Positions 9,699 through 18,027 of a stretch of DNA of 64,000 nt are shown one piece after another. The notes beneath the pieces were generated by a model. The model was not told the DNA's origin. It saw only the letters and a list, made by a program, of their open reading frames with translations, and did not search any database. A program made the translations under genes and the position numbers. This stretch comes from Streptomyces sp. GTDB lineage: Bacteria > Actinomycetota > Actinomycetes > Streptomycetales > Streptomycetaceae. Each line of letters starts with the position of its first letter. The first letter of the stretch is position 1. The DNA lies in the NCBI RefSeq assembly GCF_036524955.1, contig NZ_DATDBG010000178.1, positions 2,606 through 66,605 on the forward strand, read 5' to 3'.

Positions 9699-10801
9699 GC
9701 GCACTCCAACTCCTCTTCGCCGTCCTGCTGGTGCTCGGCAACGGCTTCTTCGTCGGCGCCGAGTTCGCGCTGATCTCGGTCCGCCGCAGCCAGATCGAAC
9801 CGCTCGCCGAAGGCCACCGCCGGGCCCGTACCGTGCTGTACGGCCTGGAACACCTGCCGCAGATGATGGCCGCGGCCCAGTTCGGCATCACCGTCTGCTC
9901 GCTGACGCTGGGCGCGGTCGCCGAGCCGACCGTCGCGCACCTGCTGGAACCGGTGTTCTCCGCCGCCGGGATCCCGGAGGGGCTGATCCACCCGATCGGC
10001 TACGTGCTGGCGCTGGCTGTGGTGGTCTTCCTGCACCTGGTGATCGGCGAGATGGTGCCGAAGAACCTGGCGATGGCCGCGCCGGAGAGGACCGCGCTGT
10101 GGCTCAGCCCCGGACTCGTCGGCTTCGCCCGGGTGTTCCGCCCGGTCATCGCGGTGCTCGGCGCGTGCGCGCGGCTGATCCTGCGGGCCTTCCGGGTCGA
10201 GCCGAAGGACGAGGTGGACGCGGTGTTCACCAGTGCCGAGCTGACCGTGCTGGTGGAGGACGCCCGGCGGGCCGGGCTGCTCGACTCCGACGAGCAGGAA
10301 CGCCTGGAGGACGCGCTCGAACTGGGCACCCGCCCGGTCACCGAGGTGCTGCTCACCCCCGGCGAGCTGATCACCCTGGAACCCTCCGCGACCCCGCGCG
10401 AGGTCGAGGAACTGACGGTACGTACCGGGTACTCCCGTTTCCCGGTCGCCGTGCCCGGCGGCGGGCCGGGCTACCTCGGGTACCTGCACGTCAAGGACGT
10501 ACTGGACGTCGAGGACGACGACCGCCCGATCCCGCAGCGGCTGTGGCGCCCGATGATCACGCTCCGGGCCGACCTCCCGCTCGACGACGCCCTCACCGCG
10601 ATGCGCCGCGCCGCCTCGCACCTGGCCGCGGTCGCGGACGCCTCCGGCCGCGTGCTCGGTCTGGTCGCCCTGGAGGACGTCCTGGAGATGCTGGTCGGTG
10701 AGGTGCGCGACCCCGCCCACCGGGACGCGGAGGTGCCGCTGCCGGCGGGCGAACGGTCCGCGGTGGACCCCGCGGAGGGGCCGGGCGAACTCGTGCGGTG
10801 A
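9695..10801 (+). CDS. DUF21 + CBS-pair membrane protein (paralogue of the preceding gene, no CorC_HlyC domain)
   Basis: NGFFVGAEFALISV and GEMVPKN. ATGA overlap with the upstream paralogue. Confidence 0.8.
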   Translation: MSALQLLFAVLLVLGNGFFVGAEFALISVRRSQIEPLAEGHRRARTVLYGLEHLPQMMAAAQFGITVCSLTLGAVAEPTVAHLLEPVFSAAGIPEGLIHPIGYVLALAVVVFLHLVIGEMVPKNLAMAAPERTALWLSPGLVGFARVFRPVIAVLGACARLILRAFRVEPKDEVDAVFTSAELTVLVEDARRAGLLDSDEQERLEDALELGTRPVTEVLLTPGELITLEPSATPREVEELTVRTGYSRFPVAVPGGGPGYLGYLHVKDVLDVEDDDRPIPQRLWRPMITLRADLPLDDALTAMRRAASHLAAVADASGRVLGLVALEDVLEMLVGEVRDPAHRDAEVPLPAGERSAVDPAEGPGELVR

Positions 10802-10940
10802 GGCGCGCCCCGACGTGGGCACGCGGGGAACCGCGCGACCCGGTGGGCGGGGTCGCAGTCCGGTCCGGGACCCGCCGAGCCCGTCCCGGTCGCGCTCGGG
10901 GCGCCGGCCGGCGGGGGCCGGGCGCGCAGCCCCCGCGCCC

Positions 10941-12842
10941 CTATTCGCCCGGGTCGGGGGGCGGCACCCCCGGGCCGCGGCCCGAGAGGACTTCGCCGTA
11001 GGCCTGCATGAGGTCGGGCAGCCGCAGGGTGGAGAGTTCCTCGCGGCTCGGGGGAGCCGGGTACTCCGAGAGCCGCAGGTCCCGGTAGGCGCAGCTCTTC
11101 TCGTAGAGGGTGCGCAGCAGGCGGCCGTTGCCGAGTTCGTCGATCCAGCCCTGGTCCACCACGTGGCCGCTGATCGCCCGCAGCTCGTCCAGCGCCTCCT
11201 CGTCCCAGTGGTCGCCGTTCTCCGCGGCGAGCACCTGGCCGATCCGGGTGAGCTCCGGCGGGCGGTAGCTGGGGAAGTCCACCCGGGTGGTGAAGCGCGA
11301 GCCGAGACCGGGATTGACGGCGAGCAGCCGGTCCATGCCCTCGGGATACCCGGCCAGGATCACCACCAGCCGGTCCCGGTTGTCCTCGGCGCGCTTGAGC
11401 AGCACCTGCAACGCCTCGTCGCCGTATGCGTCGCCCTTGCTGTAGCCGGAGTTGGACAGCGCGTACGCCTCGTCCACGAAGAGCACGCCGCCGAGCGCGG
11501 AGTCGATCAGTTCATTGGCCTTCACCGCGGTCTGGCCCAGGAACTCGCCCACCAGGTCGGAGCGCTGGGCCTCCACCAGGTGGTCGCCGCCGAGCAGCCC
11601 GAGGGCGTAGAAGACCCGGCCGAGTATCCGGGCCACGGTGGTCTTGCCGGTGCCGGAGGGGCCGGAGAAGACGAAGTGACGTTTGGGCGGCTGCACCGGA
11701 AGGCCCTGCGCGGCCCGCAGCCGGGCCATCCGCAGCTGCGCGGAGAGCGCCTTGACCTGCCGTTTGACCGGTTCCAGGCCGACCATGCGGTCGAGCTCGG
11801 CGAGCGCCTCGGCAAGGAGTAACGGGTCGGAGCCGCCGAGCGGGAGCTGGGCGGGGAGTCCGCCGCCGCTGCCCATCGGTGCGGCGGACCGGTCCCGTAC
11901 GTCGTCGTCCAGCGGCCCGGTGGCCAGCAGCGACTCGTCCAGTTCGGGGCCGACCGGACCGCCGCCGGGGCCCGGCTCCGGCAGCAGCTCCAGGTCGGCG
12001 CCGCCTTCCGGGACCGCCTGTCCGGCACCGGCCAGCGGTACGGCGGCCAGGCTCGCGTTCTCGTCCAGACCGAGGCCGTCCTCGGTCTCGTGGATCGCGG
12101 CGAGGCGGGCCGCGGTGTCCATGAAGGCCGGGTCCACCCGGTGCACCGCGCGGTAGAGCGGCACCGCGGCGGCGGTCCGGCCGGTCCCCTCGTACGCGCG
12201 GGCCAGCCAGTACCGCAGCTCCTTGCGCTGCGGCTGCTCGCTGCGGCACCGCATCAGGGCGGCGGCCAGCAGCGGTTCCGCCTGCCCGCACATCTCCAGG
12301 CGGACCCGGGCCATGCCGCCGAACAGCCCCGCCTCGATGCCGAGGACCGGGTCGCCGAGCAGGGGTTCGGTGTGCCGGACCAGGTGCTCCCAGTCCTTGA
12401 CCAGGTAGGCGCGGCAGGCGTGCAGAAAGCGGACCTGCGGGTCGGTGTCGATCGGCGGGCAGTCCGCCAGCGCCCGGTCCAGCTCGGCGACATGGCGGCC
12501 GTCCAGCCAGTGCGAGGCGTGCGCGAGCAGCAGGTCGCGGCTGGTCTCCAGCACCGGCTGCACCCACCAGCCGAGCCAGTACCAGGAGTTGAGGGTGCGG
12601 CGGTGCGCGGACCGCTGCTCGCCGAAGCGGTCCCGGTGCCGGTACATCTGGAGCAGCGCTGTCGCGGTGTCGGCCCGCAGCGCGTGCAGGCCCAGCCAGG
12701 CGTCCGCCATGCCGGGGTCCATCCGCACCGCGGACCGGAACTCCTCCTCGGCCTGCACGTACGCGCCCATGGTGTACGCGTCCACGCCGCGCAGCCAGGC
12801 CAGGTCTGCCGGGGAGCCCGGACGGTCGGTGCCGAAGTCCAT
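10941..12842 (-). CDS. AAA+ ATPase of the CbxX/SpoVK type with an N-terminal TPR-like region (EccA-like architecture)
   Basis: Walker A GPSGTGKTT, Walker B VLFVDEAYAL, CbxX-like C-terminal half. N-terminal helical repeats (AEEEFRSAVRMDPGMADAWLGL...). Start set at ATG 12842, which is preceded by GGTGGGGA. The ORF-track start at 13205 adds an implausible Arg/Pro-rich extension. Confidence 0.8.
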   Translation of the reverse strand: MDFGTDRPGSPADLAWLRGVDAYTMGAYVQAEEEFRSAVRMDPGMADAWLGLHALRADTATALLQMYRHRDRFGEQRSAHRRTLNSWYWLGWWVQPVLETSRDLLLAHASHWLDGRHVAELDRALADCPPIDTDPQVRFLHACRAYLVKDWEHLVRHTEPLLGDPVLGIEAGLFGGMARVRLEMCGQAEPLLAAALMRCRSEQPQRKELRYWLARAYEGTGRTAAAVPLYRAVHRVDPAFMDTAARLAAIHETEDGLGLDENASLAAVPLAGAGQAVPEGGADLELLPEPGPGGGPVGPELDESLLATGPLDDDVRDRSAAPMGSGGGLPAQLPLGGSDPLLLAEALAELDRMVGLEPVKRQVKALSAQLRMARLRAAQGLPVQPPKRHFVFSGPSGTGKTTVARILGRVFYALGLLGGDHLVEAQRSDLVGEFLGQTAVKANELIDSALGGVLFVDEAYALSNSGYSKGDAYGDEALQVLLKRAEDNRDRLVVILAGYPEGMDRLLAVNPGLGSRFTTRVDFPSYRPPELTRIGQVLAAENGDHWDEEALDELRAISGHVVDQGWIDELGNGRLLRTLYEKSCAYRDLRLSEYPAPPSREELSTLRLPDLMQAYGEVLSGRGPGVPPPDPGE

Positions 12843-13085
12843 CAAGTCCCCACCATTCCGTCCCCCGCCGCGCGCCGACGCCCTCGCCCCAACCCGGTTG
12901 TGCCGGGCGGGAGTTGAGGCAGGCAGCAGGATCCCCCGGCCCCGCCGCTCCGCCCCTCTTTTTTCGCATCGTACCCGCGATGGCTGGATCACCGTAGGGT
13001 GCCGTACGGACGCACGGGTGCCGGGCGGTGACGGTCCGTGAGGAGTGCGAGGTGTCGAACGGGGCATTCCGGTCGCGTGGACAAG

Positions 13086-13125
13086 GCGAAGCCCCCGGTC
13101 ACGGGGGAACAACCGGGGGCTTCGC
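13086..13125. terminator. Perfect 13-bp GC-rich hairpin between the kinase-like gene and the AAA+ gene
   Basis: GCGAAGCCCCCGG (13086-13098) pairs with CCGGGGGCTTCGC (13113-13125). Confidence 0.5.
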
Positions 13126-13250
13126 GTCCGAGGAGCGGCGATTTCCAGCCGCTTGTTGAAAACGTAATTGCTGCATAGCCGGGTGGTCAAGTCAAGTCGC
13201 GCCACACCGGGGGAGTGCGTGGCCGCCCGCAGCGGGCCGCCGCCGGGCGG

Positions 13251-13865
13251 TCACTCGGGGTGACCGAATCCGCCGTGCTCGGCCCCCGCGACGAAGCCGG
13301 GAACCGCCCGGTACCCGTCCTGGGACTGGTGGATCAGCAGATCCGCGAAGGGCCGGGACGGGTCGGCGGCGAAATGCGCGTCCTCCTCACGGGTCCAGCC
13401 GGTCCAGAAATGCGCCAACCCCGGGCCGTCGCGCCGCAGTCCGCGCCGCCGCGCGGTGGCCGGATCCACCTCCAGCCACAGCAGCAGCGTCAGGTACGGG
13501 CGTACGGCCGACCGTCCGGTGCCGACGCCTTCCAGCAGGACGACGGGCGCCGCCGGGATCTCGCGCTCACCCGCGAAACGGCGCGCCGTCCAGTCGTACA
13601 CCTCGTGCCTGGCGGTCCGGCCCCCGGACAGCGGCCCGAGTACCTGGGCGGCCAGCCGCGCGGTCCATGCGAACGGCTCCTCGTGCGTGGCCAGATCGTC
13701 CGTGTGCACGACCGGAGCCCCGCCGAGTTCCCTTGCCAGCCGCGTGGCCAGCGTCGTCTTCCCCGACCCCGCGTGCCCGTCCACGGCCACCAGCCGCACC
13801 GGTCCGCAGGACGGCGGCAGCAGCGGCAGCGACCCGACCAGCCGGGGTAGCGTGAGACGGTCCAT
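13251..13865 (-). CDS. P-loop NTPase, uridine-kinase-like
   Basis: VAVDGHAGSGKTTLATRLA Walker A and VVLLEGVG Walker B-like strand. Start taken at internal Met 22 (MDRLTLP). Confidence 0.6.
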   Translation of the reverse strand: MDRLTLPRLVGSLPLLPPSCGPVRLVAVDGHAGSGKTTLATRLARELGGAPVVHTDDLATHEEPFAWTARLAAQVLGPLSGGRTARHEVYDWTARRFAGEREIPAAPVVLLEGVGTGRSAVRPYLTLLLWLEVDPATARRRGLRRDGPGLAHFWTGWTREEDAHFAADPSRPFADLLIHQSQDGYRAVPGFVAGAEHGGFGHPE

Positions 13866-13969
13866 GACCGCCGAGGGTACGTGCCCGGGGCGGGACACGC
13901 GCGCCGGGCGGCCCCGCGGCGGCGGCAACGGCCGGCCCCGCGGACTCGGACGGGCGCTACCGTGGAGAC

Positions 13970-15097
13970 GTGAACGTCACCGAGGTCTCTTCCCTGTATC
14001 CGGCCGAGCGTCTGGAGGCGGCCCGGAGGGCCACGGAGGACGCGGGGCTCGACGCGCTGCTGGTGACGCCGGGGGCGGATCTGCGGTACCTCACCGGGTA
14101 CCAGGCCCTGCCGCTGGAGCGGTTGACGTGCCTGGTGGTGCCGGCCGGCGGGGAGCCGTTCCTGGTGGTACCGGCGCTGGAGAAGCCCGCCGCCGCGGCG
14201 TCGCCGGCCGGCGCGCTCGGGATCGGGATCACCGGTTTCGACGAGACCGACGACCCGTACGCGCTGATCGCCCGCCGACTGCCGGTGGGCACCCGGCTGT
14301 TCGCCGTGGACAACCACATGTGGGCCGAGAAGCTGCTCGCGTTCCAGGCCGCGCTGCCCGGCGCGCAGGCCGGGCTCGCCGGGGACGTGCTGTCGGTGCT
14401 GCGGATGCGCAAGAGCCCGGCCGAGGTGGCCGCGCTGCGCCGCGCGGGCGCCGCGATCGACCGGGTGCACCGCCGGATCGGCGAATGGCTGCGGCCCGGC
14501 CGTACCGAACGCGAGGTCGCCAAGGACATCGCCGACGCGATCCTCGACGCGGGCCACGCCTGTGTGGACTTCGTCATCGTCGCCTCGGGTCCCAACGGCG
14601 CCAGCCCGCACCACGAGGTGTCCGACCGGGTGATCAGGACCGGCGACCCGGTGGTCGTCGACATCGGCGGCACCACCGCCGACGGCTACTGCTCCGACTC
14701 CACCCGCACCTACGCGGTCGGCGAGCCGCCAGCCGCCTTCCGGGAGCTGTACGAGGTGCTGCTGCACGCCCAGACCGCGCAGACCCGGGCGGTACGCCCC
14801 GGTATCACCGCCGAGGAACTGGACGCGGTCGGCCGGGACATCATCACCGAGGCCGGCTACGGCCAGCACTTCATCCACCGCACCGGACACGGCATCGGCC
14901 TGGAGACGCACGAGGAGCCGTACATCGTGGCGGGCAGCAAGCGGGCGCTGGAGCCGGGCATGGCGTTCTCCGTCGAGCCGGGGATCTATCTGCCCGGTAC
15001 CTTCGGGGCGCGGATCGAGGACATCGCGGTCTGTACCGAAACCGGCGGCGAGCGGCTCAACCTGACGGGGCGTGACCTGGTGGTTCTGCCCGGTTGA
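13970..15097 (+). CDS. M24-family metallopeptidase (Xaa-Pro dipeptidase / aminopeptidase P-like)
   Basis: Creatinase-like N-domain plus pita-bread fold motifs DIGGTTADGYCSD, HRTGHGIGLETHE and SVEPGIY. Confidence 0.85.
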   Translation: MNVTEVSSLYPAERLEAARRATEDAGLDALLVTPGADLRYLTGYQALPLERLTCLVVPAGGEPFLVVPALEKPAAAASPAGALGIGITGFDETDDPYALIARRLPVGTRLFAVDNHMWAEKLLAFQAALPGAQAGLAGDVLSVLRMRKSPAEVAALRRAGAAIDRVHRRIGEWLRPGRTEREVAKDIADAILDAGHACVDFVIVASGPNGASPHHEVSDRVIRTGDPVVVDIGGTTADGYCSDSTRTYAVGEPPAAFRELYEVLLHAQTAQTRAVRPGITAEELDAVGRDIITEAGYGQHFIHRTGHGIGLETHEEPYIVAGSKRALEPGMAFSVEPGIYLPGTFGARIEDIAVCTETGGERLNLTGRDLVVLPG

Positions 15098-15255
15098 GCC
15101 GCCAGTGGTGGAGACCAATGTTGGTCGCGGCGCGGGCCCGGAAACCCTGGTGAGAACCGCGGGTGAACAGCGATAGTTGTGCGCACCCGCCCTGCCTGCC
15201 CGGGCGCGGGCGGGTCTTCCCGTGTCACTCGAGGGGAACCGAGGGGAACACCGCC

Positions 15256-16665
15256 ATGACCAGTAACGCGCCCCGGCGTGCCGTACTCGCCGCCGCGCTC
15301 GCGGCAGCGGCGGCCACCGCGACCGCGCAGTCCGCCTCCGCCGCCCCGGCGGCCGTCTCCGGTACGGCCGCCGTTCCCGGCGCCGCGCCGCAGGCCGCAG
15401 GTGACGCCGCGACAACCGACGACGCGCCCGTCGACTACCACGGCTGGACGTCGTTCACCGGCTGGATGTCCGGTGTCCACTCCGGCACCCGCCCGGTCGC
15501 CGGGCGCCGCCCCGGCCTGCGGATCACGCACGCCACCGGCACGTTCGACTACACCGACCCGCACACCGGCACCACCGCGACCTGGGAGTCGGCGTCCTGG
15601 ACCTCACCGGTCCGCACCGTGCCGTACCCCGCGAGCGAGCTGGTCGCCTCCTGGAACGCACACACGCCCGCGGGCACCTGGCTCCAGGTCGAGCTGCTCG
15701 GCACCTACACCGACGGCACCGCCACCCCCGACTACGTCATGGGCCGCTGGACCGCCGGAGACGGCCCGGAGGACATCCGGCGCACCTCGGTGGACGACCA
15801 GACCGACGGCAAGAGCACCATCTGGACCGACACCTTCTCCGTCGACGACACCGGCGTCGGCCCGCTGCTCGCCTCGTACCGGCTCCGCCTGACGCTCTTC
15901 CGCAAGCCCGGCACCACGCTCACCCCCACGGTGTGGCGGCTGGGCGCGATGGCCTCCGCCATCCCGGACCGCTTCACCGTACCCGCCTCCGTGCCGGGGG
16001 TGGCCGCCGGCATCGAACTACCGGTGCCGCGCTACTCGCAGAACATCCACAAGGGCCAGTACCCGGAGTACGACAACGGCGGCGAGGCCTGGTGCAGCCC
16101 GACCTCGTCGACGATGGTCATCGAGTACTGGGGCCGCGGCCCGACCACCGAGGACCTGGCATGGGTGGACCCCGCCTTCGCCGACCCGCAGGTCGACCAC
16201 GCCGCCCGCCACACGTACGACTACCAGTACGAGGGGTGCGGCAACTGGCCCTTCAACACGGCGTACGCGGCCACCTTCAAGGATCTGCAGGGTGTCGTCA
16301 CCCGGCTGCGCTCGCTGGACGACGTGGAGCGGCTGATCAAGGCCGGCATTCCGCTGATAACGTCTCAGTCCTTCCTGGCCTCCGAGCTGGACGGCGCGGG
16401 ATACGGGACCTCCGGCCACCTGCTGTGCGTCGTGGGCTTCACACCGGAGGGCGACGTGGTCGCCAACGACCCGGCCAGCTCCGGCGACGACGCGGTCCGC
16501 AACGTCTACAAGCGCTCGCAGTTCGAGACCATCTGGCTCCGAACGAAGCGCTACAACGCCGCGGGCCAGCTCCGCAGCGGCACCGGCGGCATCTGCTACA
16601 TCTACTTCCCCGCGCACCCGAGCCCTGGTCAGCGGCGCGCGCTCGAGTCCGTGGGCGTGCTCTAG
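15256..16665 (+). CDS. Secreted C39-like cysteine peptidase family protein (Tat-type signal)
   Basis: RRAVLAAALAAAAATATAQSASA signal. NGGEAWCSPTSSTMVIEYWG resembles the Peptidase_C39_2 catalytic Cys region, with GHLLCVVGF downstream. Confidence 0.6.
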   Translation: MTSNAPRRAVLAAALAAAAATATAQSASAAPAAVSGTAAVPGAAPQAAGDAATTDDAPVDYHGWTSFTGWMSGVHSGTRPVAGRRPGLRITHATGTFDYTDPHTGTTATWESASWTSPVRTVPYPASELVASWNAHTPAGTWLQVELLGTYTDGTATPDYVMGRWTAGDGPEDIRRTSVDDQTDGKSTIWTDTFSVDDTGVGPLLASYRLRLTLFRKPGTTLTPTVWRLGAMASAIPDRFTVPASVPGVAAGIELPVPRYSQNIHKGQYPEYDNGGEAWCSPTSSTMVIEYWGRGPTTEDLAWVDPAFADPQVDHAARHTYDYQYEGCGNWPFNTAYAATFKDLQGVVTRLRSLDDVERLIKAGIPLITSQSFLASELDGAGYGTSGHLLCVVGFTPEGDVVANDPASSGDDAVRNVYKRSQFETIWLRTKRYNAAGQLRSGTGGICYIYFPAHPSPGQRRALESVGVL

Positions 16666-16679
16666 GCCCGGATTTCGGA

Positions 16680-16757
16680 GGGCTGACGCCCGAGCTCCTG
16701 GAGTGGGCGGCCGAGGAACGAGGCGGCCCGCGGAGGGAGTGAGCAGGAAGACCGACC
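16680..16757 (+). repeat. 78-nt intergenic repeat element, copy 1
   Basis: GGGCTGACGCCCGAGCTCCTGGAGTGGGCGGCCGAGGAACGAGGCGGCCCGCGGAGGGAGTGAGCAGGAAGACCGACC. About 95% identical to the copies at 29773 and 29863. Confidence 0.9.
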
Positions 16758-16767
16758 GAGGAGGCGT

Positions 16768-16878
16768 GGGCTGACGCCCGAGCTCCTGGAGTGGGCGGCC
16801 GATGGGCCCCTCCTGCCTGACGGCGGGCAAGGAGGGAGAGGCCACCACCCGCGGAGGGAGCGACCAGGAAGACCGACC
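16768..16878 (+). repeat. Repeat element, copy 2 (variant with a ~50-nt central insertion)
   Basis: Same 5' 35 nt and same 3' CGCGGAGGGAGCGACCAGGAAGACCGACC. The centre is replaced by TGGGCCCCTCCTGCCTGACGGCGGGCAAGGAGGGAGAGGCCACCAC. Confidence 0.85.
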
Positions 16879-16882
16879 AGGA

Positions 16883-16919
16883 AACGGGCCGCCCTCGCCC
16901 ACCGGTGAGGCGGCCCGTT
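16883..16919 (+). terminator. Hairpin with an 11-bp stem immediately after the repeat pair
   Basis: AACGGGCCGCC (16883-16893) pairs with GGCGGCCCGTT (16909-16919). No long U tract. Confidence 0.45.
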
Positions 16920-17217
16920 CTCCCCGGAACGGCCGGACGGGGCAGCCGTGAACGGGCCTTGATTCTCGCGGGCGGGCCCCGCGGCGGGAGAGCCGGCGGG
17001 GCCGCCCCACGGCGTGTGCGCAACCCCGCACGTGCGCGTTTTCGCATATGCACATGCCGGTGGTTGTTGACCGAAAACGGACCTACCGTCTCCGGATCGG
17101 TGTTTCACTCCGAACAGGTGATCAGTAGCCTCGTGGGTGAGCCTCCGTGGCCCCCTCGATCCGCGAACCCCCGTCCCAGAGGCGTCCGTTGAGCCCCATG
17201 AGCTGGAGACACGTATC

Positions 17218-18027
17218 GTGACCGACCGTCCATCCTGGGCCCCGCGGGGCATCGATCTCACCGTGCCCAGCGTCTCGCGGATATACGACTACTTCCTCGG
17301 CGGATCGCACAACTTCGAGGTGGACCGGGAAGCGGCCAGGGTGGCGCTGAAGGCACTGCCGGGCATCCCCAAGATCGGTCAGGCCAACCGCGCGGTCATG
17401 CGGCGCGCCGTGCACTTCGCGGTGGAGCGCGGCATCACCCAGTTCCTGGACATCGGCTCCGGAATCCCCACCTTCGGCAACGTCCACGAGGTCGCCCAGG
17501 CCGCCAGCCCCGGCGCCCGGGTCGTCTACGTCGACAACGACCCGGTCGCCGTCGCCCACAGCCGGGCCGTACTGGAGGGCAACGAGGACGCGACGATCGC
17601 CGCGGCCGACCTGCGCGACCCGCACTCCATCCTGGGCAGGTCCGAGACCAAGCGGCTGCTGGACTTCGACCGGCCGGTCGCGCTGATGCTCGTCGCCGTC
17701 GTGCACTTCCTGTCCGACGACGACCGCCCGGCCGAGATCATCGCCACCCTGCGGGACGCGCTGGCACCGGGCAGCGTCATGGTCATCACCCACGCCACCC
17801 TCGGCCCCACGCCGGAGGGGCAGCGCGGGGTGCAGGAGGCCTACCAGCGCACCACCACCCCGCTGATCATGCGCAGCCGCGAGGAGCTGGAACCTTTCTT
17901 CGCCGGCTTCGAACTCGTCGAACCCGGCCTCGTACCCCTCCCGTACTGGCGGCCCGACAGCCCGCCCGGTGACGACGACGATCCCGCCGTACTCCACGGC
18001 CTGGCCGGCGTGGGGCTGAAGGCGTGA
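17218..18027 (+). CDS. SAM-dependent methyltransferase of the actinomycete DUF574/Methyltransf_19 type
   Basis: SVSRIYDYFLGGSHNFEVDREAA...ITQFLDIGSGIPT...VYVDNDPVAVAHS. Start set at GTG 17218. Confidence 0.7.
   Translation: MTDRPSWAPRGIDLTVPSVSRIYDYFLGGSHNFEVDREAARVALKALPGIPKIGQANRAVMRRAVHFAVERGITQFLDIGSGIPTFGNVHEVAQAASPGARVVYVDNDPVAVAHSRAVLEGNEDATIAAADLRDPHSILGRSETKRLLDFDRPVALMLVAVVHFLSDDDRPAEIIATLRDALAPGSVMVITHATLGPTPEGQRGVQEAYQRTTTPLIMRSREELEPFFAGFELVEPGLVPLPYWRPDSPPGDDDDPAVLHGLAGVGLKA

Noticed and set aside
16680-16878. Tandem repeats as a CRISPR array.
   Set aside because: There are only two copies per locus, separated by 10-12 nt and not by 30-40-nt spacers. The repeat length of 78 nt is too long. 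No cas genes are nearby.
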